Assembly: GCA_023145275.1 (NCBI GenBank)
Contig: JAGLEB010000055.1
Coordinates: 1 to 46,557, forward strand
Source: Flavobacteriales bacterium
Lineage (GTDB): Bacteria; Bacteroidota; Bacteroidia; Flavobacteriales; JADGDT01
Direction: 5' to 3'
Length of the DNA stretch: 46,557 bases
Shown here one piece after another: positions 8,172-19,263 of this stretch. A program made the position numbers and the translations under genes. A model generated the notes under the pieces. It was given only the letters and a program-made list of their open reading frames with translations, ran no database searches and had not been told where the DNA came from. The first letter of the stretch is position 1; every line of letters begins with the position of its first letter.

Positions 8172-9659
8172 ATGAAGAGGATAATTGCTGTACTGATAAT
8201 CGTTTTTTTTCTGCCTGCTGAAATGTTTTCTCAACAAACAAGTTGGGATATTAGATTTGATGGGAAAGATGCAAAAGAGTTGTATCGCCGTTATGATGTT
8301 ACTTCTGAAAACAATATTCATGTTTTAGATTTCTCAAGACTAGCTAGAAAAAGAAAGCCACTGACATTTGAATTAGATAAGAAGGAGGCTCCTAAAGCTT
8401 CTTTTTCAGCTTTTGTGTGGGTTAAGGCCCCAAAAGGTGTAGAGCAATCGTCTGTTATTTTAACAAATAAAAAATCAATAGATGGTGATGGTTGGGAAAT
8501 CAAAGCTAGTGAGAATGGTTCGTGGAGCTGGACATTCAAACATGAGTCTAATATTATAGCTGAATATAACGCAACATTTAAGAGACAGAGTATTAATGAC
8601 GGTGAGTTTCATTTAATAGGTATATCATATGACTATACTAAAAATCAAGTTTGGTTGTACTTTGATGGTGAAAATGTTGGGATTGTAAATGTTGGAAAAG
8701 GAGATCTATCAAATTTTAAAAATCTTACGATAGGAGGTGTTGGAGAAAAAGAAAAATATTCTTTTAATGGATACTTTAAAGCAATTTTCCTTTTTAAAGA
8801 CCATATTCACAATGGTAGAGTCGTAAAATTGTATCGTAATAATTCTATATATAGTGGTAATATTGGTGTAAATGGTACTTTTTATAAAACTGTAAAATTT
8901 CTTACGTGGAATATTTCTGATGGAGGAATGAGTCATGGAACATTAATTGGACTTAATAGAACACTAGAAGTAATAAAAGAGTCAAAAGCTGACATTATAG
9001 CATTACAAGAAACAAATGGCTCGGGAGAATATTTAGCAGACGAATTAGGCTATTATTTTTACTCTATTAGTAGAGAATTGTCAATCTTAAGTAAGTTTCC
9101 CATTAAACGAACTGTAAAGCTTTACAAAGCTGAGATGAGTGGAGGAGTTGAAATTGTAATTTCGAAGGATCAATATATTTATTTTTTCAATGTTAAACTT
9201 GATGAAACCCCTAATTGGAATAGCCTAGAAAAAGCTTATGCGGATGCTAGTTTTAGAGCAGAAGAGAAAAAGAATCGAGGAGTAGATTTAAATGAGATGC
9301 TAGAGCAAATTCAAGTACTTCTAAGGCCTAATGGTAATACTTCAATAATATTTTCAGGAGAGTTAAACTCCTTATCTAATCTTGATAATGGCGGAGATGT
9401 AACAAAATACCCAGTCACTAGCTTAATGTTTAAATATAGCTATAAGGACTCTTATATGTCACTGCATTCTGATGGGGAAAAGAAACCTGGAGACACTTGT
9501 TGTGTTGATTTAGCTGCTGAAAAACGTGGAAGAGTTGATTATATTTATTATAAAGGTAGTGAGATAAGCGTTCAGGAGGCAAAAGTAATAAATCACCATC
9601 CTATTAGGTTTCCTTCAAAACACTATGGAGTGTTAACAGAGCTTAAGTGGAAAAAGTAA
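8172..9659 (+). CDS. Secreted LamG/concanavalin-like domain fused to an endonuclease/exonuclease/phosphatase (EEP) domain
   Basis: Signal peptide present. The N-terminal half carries FHLIGISYDYTKNQVWLYFDGENVG (LamG_3-like). The C-terminal half carries FLTWNISDGG...ADIIALQETNG...VDYIYY (EEP motifs). Confidence 0.75.
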   Translation: MKRIIAVLIIVFFLPAEMFSQQTSWDIRFDGKDAKELYRRYDVTSENNIHVLDFSRLARKRKPLTFELDKKEAPKASFSAFVWVKAPKGVEQSSVILTNKKSIDGDGWEIKASENGSWSWTFKHESNIIAEYNATFKRQSINDGEFHLIGISYDYTKNQVWLYFDGENVGIVNVGKGDLSNFKNLTIGGVGEKEKYSFNGYFKAIFLFKDHIHNGRVVKLYRNNSIYSGNIGVNGTFYKTVKFLTWNISDGGMSHGTLIGLNRTLEVIKESKADIIALQETNGSGEYLADELGYYFYSISRELSILSKFPIKRTVKLYKAEMSGGVEIVISKDQYIYFFNVKLDETPNWNSLEKAYADASFRAEEKKNRGVDLNEMLEQIQVLLRPNGNTSIIFSGELNSLSNLDNGGDVTKYPVTSLMFKYSYKDSYMSLHSDGEKKPGDTCCVDLAAEKRGRVDYIYYKGSEISVQEAKVINHHPIRFPSKHYGVLTELKWKK

Positions 9660-9692
9660 TATGATATTTAAACTTTATATAATCCTAAATTG

Positions 9693-9700
9693 TATATTTG
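9693..9700 (+). promoter_or_regulatory. -7 box TAtaTTTG (response regulator)
   Basis: 19 nt upstream of ATG 9720. Confidence 0.5.
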
Positions 9701-9719
9701 AATCCATTCTTACTTAAAA

Positions 9720-10322
9720 ATGATTCAAATGGGCTTAAGAATTGCTCTTATTGACGATCATAAAATGCTGATAGATTTATTAGCTAAAGATATCGTCAAT
9801 TCGAAGAATATAGATAAAGTTGATAAATATTACAATGGTTATGATTTTCTTGCTGCCTATAAAGCAAAGAATTATGATTTAGCTGTAATAGATTTGCAAA
9901 TGCCCGAAATTAATGGCTTAGACTTAGTCGGTAAAATACGAGAAGAAGACTCGTCAATAAAGATCATGATTCTTAGTGGGGTTGAAAGTGATGGGGTTCA
10001 GCCTATTCTAGAAAAAAAAGGCATTGATGGTTTAGTCACCAAATACAATCATATTGATGTTATTATTAATGCAATCGTTACAATAGGTTCAGGAGAAAAG
10101 TGCTTTGTAAACGATTTTCGCGAACATGATTCTCAATTATCTTCAAGAGAGATAGATATTGTAAGGTTGATGGCTAAAGAAAATACTAATAAAGAAATTG
10201 CCGAAAATCTTTTTATTAGCGAAAATACTGTTAAAACTCACCGCAAAAACATAATGAAGAAGCTCGATGCAAAAAATATAGCTTCGGTTATTGGTTATGT
10301 ATATAAAAACCACCTAGTGTAG
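9720..10322 (+). CDS. Response regulator, NarL/FixJ (LuxR HTH) family, no adjacent kinase
   Basis: Receiver domain (IALIDDH..., DLAVIDLQMPEINGLDL) followed by a LuxR-type HTH (LSSREIDIVRLMAKENTNKEIAENLFISENTVKTHRKNIMKKL). Confidence 0.85.
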   Translation: MIQMGLRIALIDDHKMLIDLLAKDIVNSKNIDKVDKYYNGYDFLAAYKAKNYDLAVIDLQMPEINGLDLVGKIREEDSSIKIMILSGVESDGVQPILEKKGIDGLVTKYNHIDVIINAIVTIGSGEKCFVNDFREHDSQLSSREIDIVRLMAKENTNKEIAENLFISENTVKTHRKNIMKKLDAKNIASVIGYVYKNHLV

Positions 10323-10461
10323 ACTCAAAAAAATATTTTGTTTGTATAGTCTAATGCCTTGAGTTGTAGTTGATTGTTAAGCTTTTTAATCTCTCTTCAG
10401 AATGTTAAAAACTAAGTGTTAAAACTGTAGTAATTGCTTTATAATATTATATAATAATGGT

Positions 10462-10469
10462 TATATTTG
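10462..10469 (+). promoter_or_regulatory. -7 box TAtaTTTG (gyrB, ~135 nt leader)
   Basis: 139 nt upstream of ATG 10609. Confidence 0.4.
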
Positions 10470-10608
10470 CTCGTTATTATCGAGTAAAAATATGTAACTT
10501 TCACGATTGAGAAATCAGTTAGTTGAATATGTAATGCTATATGTCTTTTCAGCATTTTTTTTTTGAAGAATGGCTGTAGGCTTAGTAGCTAAAAGCAATA
10601 TAAAATAG

Positions 10609-12558
<1,950 letters not shown>

Positions 12559-12637
12559 TATTATATTAGAGTGTAAGTTTAACACTTATTTGATTAGGTA
12601 AGTATGCAGAGTAAAAACACATATAGTATTATAAAAA

Positions 12638-12666
12638 GGGCTTCCAGTTTTGGAAGCCCTTTTTTA
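12638..12666 (+). terminator. Rho-independent terminator after gyrB
   Basis: GGGCTTCCA-GTTT-TGGAAGCCC followed by a T-run. Confidence 0.85.
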
Positions 12667-12948
12667 TTATCTAATATTCAAGATATATAGATAAGAAAAT
12701 AGTTAAGGATTACATAAAATACTGATATAAATCATTGCATTTTTTTTTGAATTGAAAAGGTAAATTTTGATCTTACACCATCGAAAAAAAATCAAATTTT
12801 AGCAAAGTCGGGAATATTGTAAGCATTATTAAATGAAAATGCGATAAGCTTGGAAATTTGATTTTTAAAGAAGAAAACAGAATTATAATAAAATCAGGAA
12901 TAAGGTATTTCTGTAAACATAGAATAAACACAATTAAATATAATAAAA

Positions 12949-13878
12949 ATGAAAGTAACAATCGTAGGAGCAGGAGCTGTAGGGGCAAGTTGCGCTGAGT
13001 ACATTGCAATTAAAGATTTCGCAGACGAAATAGTTTTAGTTGATATTAAAGAAGGATTTGCAGAGGGAAAAGCTATGGACTTGATGCAGACAGCATCATT
13101 AAATGGATTTGATTCTACTATCACTGGTACAACTGGAGATTACTCTAAAACTGCCGGAAGTGATGTAGCTGTTATTACGAGTGGTATTCCTCGTAAGCCT
13201 GGTATGACTCGTGAAGAGCTTATTGGTACTAACGCAAGTATCGTTAAAACAGTAGCAGAGAGTTTAATTAAGCATTCTCCTGAAGTAATAGTTATAGTTG
13301 TTAGTAATCCTATGGATACTATGACATATTTAGCTGCTAAGGCATTAGGTCTTCCTAAAAACCGTATTATTGGTATGGGTGGAGCTCTTGATAGTGCACG
13401 TTTCAAGTATCGTTTGTCTGAAGCAATGGGATGTCCAGCTTCTGAAGTTTCTGCTATGGTAATAGGAGGTCACAGTGATAAAGGAATGGTTCCATTAATT
13501 GAAAAAGCGTCTCGTAACAGTATTCCTGTTTCTGAGTTCATTTCTGCTGATGTTCAGTCTGAAGTTGTTGAAGCTACTAAAGTTGGTGGTGCAACCCTTA
13601 CTAAATTACTAGGAACAAGTGCTTGGTATGCTCCAGGTGCAGCTGTATCAGAAATGGTTAAGGCTATTGCTCTTGATTCGAAAAAAGTTTTCCCATGTTC
13701 TGCCTTACTAGAAGGTGAGTACGGATTAAACGACCTTTGTATCGGTGTGCCATGTATTATTGGTAAAAATGGTATCGAACAAATTTTAGAGATCGAGCTT
13801 TCTGATGCTGAAAAAACAAAATTAGCTTCTTCTGCCGAAGGTGTAAAAGGAACTAATGGAGATCTTAAGAATATTTAA
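12949..13878 (+). CDS. mdh: Malate dehydrogenase (LDH-like type)
   Basis: MKVTIVGAGAVG Rossmann start, GIPRKPGMTREEL and SNPMD motifs. Confidence 0.95.
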   Translation: MKVTIVGAGAVGASCAEYIAIKDFADEIVLVDIKEGFAEGKAMDLMQTASLNGFDSTITGTTGDYSKTAGSDVAVITSGIPRKPGMTREELIGTNASIVKTVAESLIKHSPEVIVIVVSNPMDTMTYLAAKALGLPKNRIIGMGGALDSARFKYRLSEAMGCPASEVSAMVIGGHSDKGMVPLIEKASRNSIPVSEFISADVQSEVVEATKVGGATLTKLLGTSAWYAPGAAVSEMVKAIALDSKKVFPCSALLEGEYGLNDLCIGVPCIIGKNGIEQILEIELSDAEKTKLASSAEGVKGTNGDLKNI

Positions 13879-13889
13879 TTAGGGACTCT

Positions 13890-14068
13890 TAGAAAACTAT
13901 CTACTTTTTTTAGTGATGTATAAAAAACTTCACGGTAGATATGAGTGAAGATTTAGTAGTTAGGAGTTTACTTTTGTAAATGCATGTTCTGAGCATTGTC
14001 GAAGTAACTGATTGCAAAATCAAGATCAACGAAGAGATTGGTGTTTTCTTATAGACACTAATTAGATA
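13890..14068 (+). repeat. Dispersed intergenic repeat, copy A (downstream of mdh)
   Basis: Aligns with copy B: GTATAAAAAACTTCA..., GGAGTTTACTTTTGTAAATG and ...AATCAAGATCAaCGAAGAGATTGGTGTTTT. Carries an extra 25-nt hairpin insert. Confidence 0.7.
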
Positions 14069-14361
14069 TATTCAATGCCTTGAAGGTATTGATGAATTAT
14101 TAAGTCACCCTCTCGTCTATCATAGAAACTTTGATAGATGTGGGGGTGTCTGCTTTTTTTATTGTAAACTTTTCTTCTACAATATATACTCTTGTATGTC
14201 TTGCAGGTAGATAACAGAATACGATATATCGAATATTGTAGAAACAGTTGATAGTCATGTTTATAATAGCAGAGAGCTAGGCGTTTTTCTTTCGGCAAAT
14301 GAGTATGAAACTTGACTTAAAGTAATCACTTGAACTCTAAAGACTTTTACTATAAAAAAAT

Positions 14362-14369
14362 TATATTTG
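14362..14369 (+). promoter_or_regulatory. -7 box TAtaTTTG (acyl-CoA ligase)
   Basis: 28 nt upstream of ATG 14398. Confidence 0.5.
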
Positions 14370-14397
14370 CTCTCACAAAACAAATAGAGAAAATATT

Positions 14398-16326
14398 ATG
14401 AGTTCAATTTTAAATCAGTTAAATGTAGCTGCCAATACCTATGGTGATAAAGCATATTTATTTGATAAAACAGATGAGGGTTGGATTCCTAGTTCATATA
14501 AACAAGTAGAGGAGAGTGCAAAATTTCTTTCTGCATCTCTTCATAAGCTAGGCTTAAATAGAAAAGATAATTTTGCGATTTTATCTGAAGGTACTTCTCG
14601 ATGGGTGATTTCAGAATTTGCAATTGTGTTTAATGGTGCGGCTTCTGTTCCCTTATCAGTGAAATTGCTTCAGGACGAGCTTCCTTTCAGGCTAAATCAC
14701 TCAGATTCGAAAGGAATATTCGTTTCTAAAAATCATCTAGATAAAGTTGTAAATATTTGGAGCCAGATTGAAAAAGAAAATTTCTATTTGATTTACCTAG
14801 ACGAAGATTTAGATTACCTAAAAAGAAAAACAGATTCTGCTAATATACCATATTCTCAAGTAAAGAGTTATTTATCATTATTGAAGGAAGGTGAAATTAT
14901 TTATAATAACAATTTCTCTGAAATGAGAGCCATCGTTGAAGAAATCTCTATTGATGATGTTGTTACTATTTCATATACTTCTGGGACTACTGGAAGTCCA
15001 AAAGGTATAATGCTTTCTCATAAAAATTATTTTTCAAATAGTGCAGATGGTGTTAGAATGTTTAAGGCAGATGAAAAGTTGAAAACGCTTATCATTCTTC
15101 CAATCGATCATTGTTTTGCTCATACCGTAGCCATCTTTGGAGCTTTGTTTAGTGGAATGAAATTATATTTTCTGGATACTAGGGGAGGGGCTTTGAACGC
15201 TATTAAAAATATACCAATAAACTTAAAAGAGGTAAAACCTGATTTCTTACTCACTGTTCCTGCTCTTTCGGGTAATTTAATGAAGAAAATTACTGATGGG
15301 ATAGCTGCAAAAGGTGGTTTTGTCGAGAAGCTTTTTAACGCTGGTCTAGAAGCTGGAATAAGGATTAATAGAGATGCTTTTCAGAAAGCTGAATTTTGGA
15401 CATATCTAAAAGATTATCCAGCATATTTTCTTGCTAAAAAAATTATTTTCTCAAAATTGAAAGGTGTTTTTGGTGGGAATATAAAATATTTAGTAGGGGG
15501 AGGAGCTTTGTTGGATATAAAACAGCAACAGTTTTTTTATACTATCGGAGTGCCTGTATATCAGGGTTATGGACTTACTGAAGCAACACCAATTATTTCG
15601 TCTAATTCCCCGTTTCAACATAAACTTGGAACTTCAGGAGTAATAATGCCCTCAGTAAAATGTAGTATTATTTGTGATGGAGGTACAGTTGGACGACCTG
15701 ATGAAAAGGGTGAGATAGTTATTGTTGGCGATAATGTTATGCTTGGATATTATAAAAATATAGAGGCTACTGACGAGGTAATAAAAGACGGAGTACTATA
15801 TACAGGAGATTTAGGATATTTCGATCGCGATGGTTATCTTGTTGTTACAGGCAGAGAAAAAGCTCTTTTAATATCCGAAGATGGAGAGAAGTATTCACCT
15901 GAAGAAATAGAAGAAGGTCTTGTTTTTCATTCGAGACTAATCTCTCAAGCCATAATTCATAACAGTCAACGTAAATTCACTAGTGCTATAATTACTTTAG
16001 AAGGGGCAAATGTAAAATCATTAATAAAAAGTAATAAGATTGTTGATGCCCAAGAATTGTATGAAGTTATTGAAAGAGAGGTAAAAGCTTTTAGAATGGA
16101 CCCTGTTTATAAAAATAAATTCCCTTCAAAATGGATGCCTTCGATGTTTTTTATAGCTCCAGAGTCTTTCAATGAAGATAATTTGATGATGAATTCTACT
16201 TTGAAAATTGTAAGATTCAAAGTAGAGGAAGTGTATAAAAAAGATATTGAAGATATGTACGCTTCAAATGGAGCGGAATTCACTAGAAATATTAATATAG
16301 CAGTACTGAAAAAGTTATTTTTTTAG
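14398..16326 (+). CDS. Long-chain-fatty-acid--CoA ligase (AMP-binding enzyme)
   Basis: YTSGTTGSPKGIMLSH AMP-binding signature, QGYGLTE and YTGDLGYFDRDGYL motifs. Confidence 0.85.
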   Translation: MSSILNQLNVAANTYGDKAYLFDKTDEGWIPSSYKQVEESAKFLSASLHKLGLNRKDNFAILSEGTSRWVISEFAIVFNGAASVPLSVKLLQDELPFRLNHSDSKGIFVSKNHLDKVVNIWSQIEKENFYLIYLDEDLDYLKRKTDSANIPYSQVKSYLSLLKEGEIIYNNNFSEMRAIVEEISIDDVVTISYTSGTTGSPKGIMLSHKNYFSNSADGVRMFKADEKLKTLIILPIDHCFAHTVAIFGALFSGMKLYFLDTRGGALNAIKNIPINLKEVKPDFLLTVPALSGNLMKKITDGIAAKGGFVEKLFNAGLEAGIRINRDAFQKAEFWTYLKDYPAYFLAKKIIFSKLKGVFGGNIKYLVGGGALLDIKQQQFFYTIGVPVYQGYGLTEATPIISSNSPFQHKLGTSGVIMPSVKCSIICDGGTVGRPDEKGEIVIVGDNVMLGYYKNIEATDEVIKDGVLYTGDLGYFDRDGYLVVTGREKALLISEDGEKYSPEEIEEGLVFHSRLISQAIIHNSQRKFTSAIITLEGANVKSLIKSNKIVDAQELYEVIEREVKAFRMDPVYKNKFPSKWMPSMFFIAPESFNEDNLMMNSTLKIVRFKVEEVYKKDIEDMYASNGAEFTRNINIAVLKKLFF

Positions 16327-16376
16327 ATCGAGTTTAGGGCTAATATTAATTGCTTTATGAAATTATGTATAAATAT

Positions 16377-16694
16377 CTAAATCAGAATAACGTCCTTAAT
16401 TACTTCCTTCCCCAAAGCTTCGTTGAGATGCGTTCTGATTTTGTCTTTTGCATAATTTAATTCTTGCTTCAAAACTGACGAATTTAAGGATATTCTAAGT
16501 GTACCATTGTACATTTGGATAGAAGTAGTTTTGTTGCTAATGGCTTTTCCCATTATTTCTTCCCACTTATTTGTTATTTCAACTAGGTCAAGGTTGTCTT
16601 CAAGTTTGTACTCTGAGTAAATGTTTTTCAATCCATCTTTTAGGCTTATAGGTTCGTTTCTGCGATATCCGAAAACTGATTTCTTTTTATACAT
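16377..16694 (-). CDS. DUF721 domain protein (recF-associated)
   Basis: 105 aa, immediately downstream of recF, which is the usual position of DUF721 genes. Sequence includes W..I.G..I...T........G.L.I...SSV..QEL. Confidence 0.75.
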   Translation of the reverse strand: MYKKKSVFGYRRNEPISLKDGLKNIYSEYKLEDNLDLVEITNKWEEIMGKAISNKTTSIQMYNGTLRISLNSSVLKQELNYAKDKIRTHLNEALGKEVIKDVILI

Positions 16695-16705
16695 AACTTT
16701 GTTTT

Positions 16706-17785
16706 TTATAGCTTGAATATTTTGTACTCCTCATTAATCTTTTTGATAATGTTTTCTGTCCTTTCCGGATGGGTGTCGGAAATAAAAATTTGTCCAAAAT
16801 AGTGTTGATTTACTAAACGAACAATTTGTTCAACTCTACTCTCATCTAATTTGTCAAAAATATCATCTAAAAGTAATATAGGAGTATTATTCTTTAGTCT
16901 TTTTAAGTATTCGAACTGTGCGAGCTTAAGCGATATTAAAAACGTTTTTTGCTGTCCTTGTGATCCGAATTTTTTGATTGGGAAATCCCCGATATTAAAT
17001 ATTAGGTCGTCTTTATGGATTCCAATATTTGTATATTGTGACGCTCTATCCCTTTCTCTGCCTTGTCTTAGTAAATCTAGCAAGCTACTATTTTCTAGCC
17101 CTGATTTGTATTCTATTGATACCAATTCTTTATTCTCGGATATCGAATTATATCTATCCAAGAATGTTGGTAGCATGTCAGTAAGAAAATCGCTTCTTTT
17201 ATCGTAAATATATTGAGCTAATTCGCTCATTATCTCATCATAAACAATTAGACTGTCTTCATCAAAAGTCCTATTTTGAGCAAAGTATTTTAGTAGGGCG
17301 TTTCGTTGACTCAGTTGTTTGTTATAGTTTAGTAATGTTTTTAAGTATTTAGAATCAAATTGAGAAATGACTCCATCGATAAATTTTCTTCTAACGTCGC
17401 TACCTTCCGAGATTAAATCTCTATCTGATGGCGAAATAATTACTAGTGGAAACTCTCCAATATGCTCTTGAAGTTTAGGAAGTAATTTAGCATTGCGCTT
17501 TATAGCCTTTTTTTGCCCTTTTTGAACTCCACAGAATAGATGTTCTTCTCTTCCATTTTTTTCAAATAGTCCTTCTATTACAAAAAATGATTCGCCATGT
17601 CTTATATTTTGACTATCGGCAGAGTTGAAATAACTTTTAGTAAACGACAAATAATATATTGCATCTAATACATTGGTTTTTCCAATACCATTATTTCCCA
17701 AGAAACAATTTATCTGTTGAGACAACTCAAACTCGATGGCTTCGAAGTTTTTGTAGTTAATGAGACTTAATTTCTTTAGATGCAT
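16706..17785 (-). CDS. recF: DNA replication and repair protein RecF
   Basis: Walker A GNNGIGKTNVLDAIY, the SQGQQKT signature and LLLDDIFDKLD Walker B. Confidence 0.95.
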   Translation of the reverse strand: MHLKKLSLINYKNFEAIEFELSQQINCFLGNNGIGKTNVLDAIYYLSFTKSYFNSADSQNIRHGESFFVIEGLFEKNGREEHLFCGVQKGQKKAIKRNAKLLPKLQEHIGEFPLVIISPSDRDLISEGSDVRRKFIDGVISQFDSKYLKTLLNYNKQLSQRNALLKYFAQNRTFDEDSLIVYDEIMSELAQYIYDKRSDFLTDMLPTFLDRYNSISENKELVSIEYKSGLENSSLLDLLRQGRERDRASQYTNIGIHKDDLIFNIGDFPIKKFGSQGQQKTFLISLKLAQFEYLKRLKNNTPILLLDDIFDKLDESRVEQIVRLVNQHYFGQIFISDTHPERTENIIKKINEEYKIFKL

Positions 17786-17811
17786 TGTTTTTTTGAGAAA
17801 ATTATTGGTTG

Positions 17812-17819
17812 CAAAGGTA
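17812..17819 (-). promoter_or_regulatory. -7 box TAccTTTG on the minus strand (recF-DUF721 operon)
   Basis: The + strand reads CAAAggTA, 26 nt upstream of start 17785. Confidence 0.45.
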
Positions 17820-17944
17820 AAAGCAATATGTTGAAAGTCTGTTTTTTTAAAGGATTTTATTTGTAAAAGGGTGCTTCTGTATTCTCTGAAAAAAAATACT
17901 TGTAAAATTTACTCTGATAAAGTTTTGTTTATGATAATAAATAT

Positions 17945-17952
17945 TATTTTTG
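17945..17952 (+). promoter_or_regulatory. -7 box TAttTTTG (TPR-ribH operon)
   Basis: 20 nt upstream of ATG 17973. Confidence 0.5.
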
Positions 17953-17972
17953 CTCAGTTAAAAAAAAGAACA

Positions 17973-18677
17973 ATGTCTAAGAAGATAAAGAATCAAGAAA
18001 GTACTACTGAAGAAGTATTTAAAAATTTAGAAGAAACAGCTGGTCGCTCAGAACAATTTGTTGAAAAACATAAAAATGTAATTATAGGAGCTGTACTTGC
18101 AGTTGTTGTAGTTTTAGGTGGCTATATGGCGTTTCATACTTATTACATGGAGCCAATGCAAAAAGAGGCTACTAATGAGTTGTTTAATGCAAAAAAGTAT
18201 TTCGAGCAAGATTCTCTGAACGTTGCACTTAAAGGTGATGGTCAATACATGGGATTCCTCGATATAGCTAACGATTACAGTATGACTAAAGCTGGTAATT
18301 TAGCTAATTACTATGCGGGAGTTTCTTATTTGAAACTTGGAGATTTTGATAACGCTATCACATATCTTGAGAAGTTTTCTTCGGATGATAAAATGGTAGG
18401 GCCAATTGCTAAAGGTTCAATCGCAGATGCTTTTGTTGGTTTAAACCAATTAGATGAAGCATTAGATTATTACCAGAAAGCTGCTAATGCAAATGATAAT
18501 GGTTTTACAAGCCCTTTATACTTGTTCAAAGCTGGTAAAACTGCACTAAGCTTAAATGAATTTGGTAAAGCTCAAGATTTATTTGAGAAGATTAAGAGTG
18601 ATTATCCTAAATCAGCAGAGGCTGAATCTATAGATAAGTTCATTGAAAGAGCTAAAGCTGCTGAAAAAAATAGTTAA
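17973..18677 (+). CDS. Tetratricopeptide-repeat protein with an N-terminal membrane anchor (YfgM-like)
   Basis: The ORF track starts at GTG 17871. I prefer ATG 17973 (MSKKIKNQ) because a TAttTTTG box at 17945-17952 would lie inside the longer ORF. TM helix followed by TPR-like repeats. Confidence 0.7.
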   Translation: MSKKIKNQESTTEEVFKNLEETAGRSEQFVEKHKNVIIGAVLAVVVVLGGYMAFHTYYMEPMQKEATNELFNAKKYFEQDSLNVALKGDGQYMGFLDIANDYSMTKAGNLANYYAGVSYLKLGDFDNAITYLEKFSSDDKMVGPIAKGSIADAFVGLNQLDEALDYYQKAANANDNGFTSPLYLFKAGKTALSLNEFGKAQDLFEKIKSDYPKSAEAESIDKFIERAKAAEKNS

Positions 18678-18679
18678 TT

Positions 18680-19180
18680 ATGGCGACGGTAAATAATAAT
18701 TTATCTCATTATGATCAAGCTACAATCCCAAACGCTGCAAACATGCGCTTTGGGATTGTTGTTTCTGAATGGAATTCTGAGATAACAGAGAACCTGTATA
18801 AGGGTGCAGAACAGGCATTGTTAGACAATGGTGCAGTGCAGGATAATATTGTAAGATGGGATGTTCCTGGTAGTTTTGAGCTGATATATGGAGCGACTCT
18901 AATGGGAGAGAGGCTTAATGTTGACGCAATAGTTGTTTTGGGAAGTATTATTCAAGGAGAAACACGTCATTTTGAGTTTATCAGCCAAGCTGTGGCTCAT
19001 GGTATAAAGGATCTTAATATGCAAATTGATATTCCAATTATTTTAGGCGTACTAACTGACGATAATATTCAACAATCAATTGATAGATCTGGTGGGAAGC
19101 ACGGAAATAAAGGAGTTGAATGTGCTATCGCTGCTATTAAAATGGCTAAATTGAGATCTCAATTTCAAGACGAAGAATAA
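18680..19180 (+). CDS. ribH: 6,7-dimethyl-8-ribityllumazine synthase
   Basis: FGIVVSEWNSEIT, VPGSFELIYGA and IQGETRHFEF motifs. Confidence 0.95.
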   Translation: MATVNNNLSHYDQATIPNAANMRFGIVVSEWNSEITENLYKGAEQALLDNGAVQDNIVRWDVPGSFELIYGATLMGERLNVDAIVVLGSIIQGETRHFEFISQAVAHGIKDLNMQIDIPIILGVLTDDNIQQSIDRSGGKHGNKGVECAIAAIKMAKLRSQFQDEE

Positions 19181-19211
19181 GAGTATTATTTATAAAATAC
19201 ATATATTTCGG

Positions 19212-19244
19212 ACCGTTTATTCTATAAGGATAAACGGTTTTTTT
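19212..19244 (+). terminator. Rho-independent terminator after ribH
   Basis: ACCGTTTAT (19212-19220) pairs with ATAAACGGT (19230-19238), followed by a T-run. Confidence 0.8.
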
Positions 19245-19263
19245 ATTTCTAAATCAAGATAAT

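Noticed and set aside
8124-8936. Minus-strand ORFs 8124..8321, 8318..8539 and 8709..8936.
   Set aside because: They are antisense to the LamG-EEP gene, which has a signal peptide, a promoter box and domain motifs.
14062-14298. The 78-aa ORF on the minus strand in the mdh/acyl-CoA-ligase intergenic region.
   Set aside because: No promoter box and no recognisable domain. Its odd composition (Y/C/K/R-rich) is typical of chance ORFs in AT-rich spacers. It abuts repeat copy A.
17871-17972. The GTG-17871 start for the TPR protein and the TTG-37930 start for the hydrolase.
   Set aside because: In both cases a TAnnTTTG -7 box lies inside the extension. A downstream ATG then gives a sensible N-terminus (MSKKIKNQ / MSFQKIIL plus TM helix).
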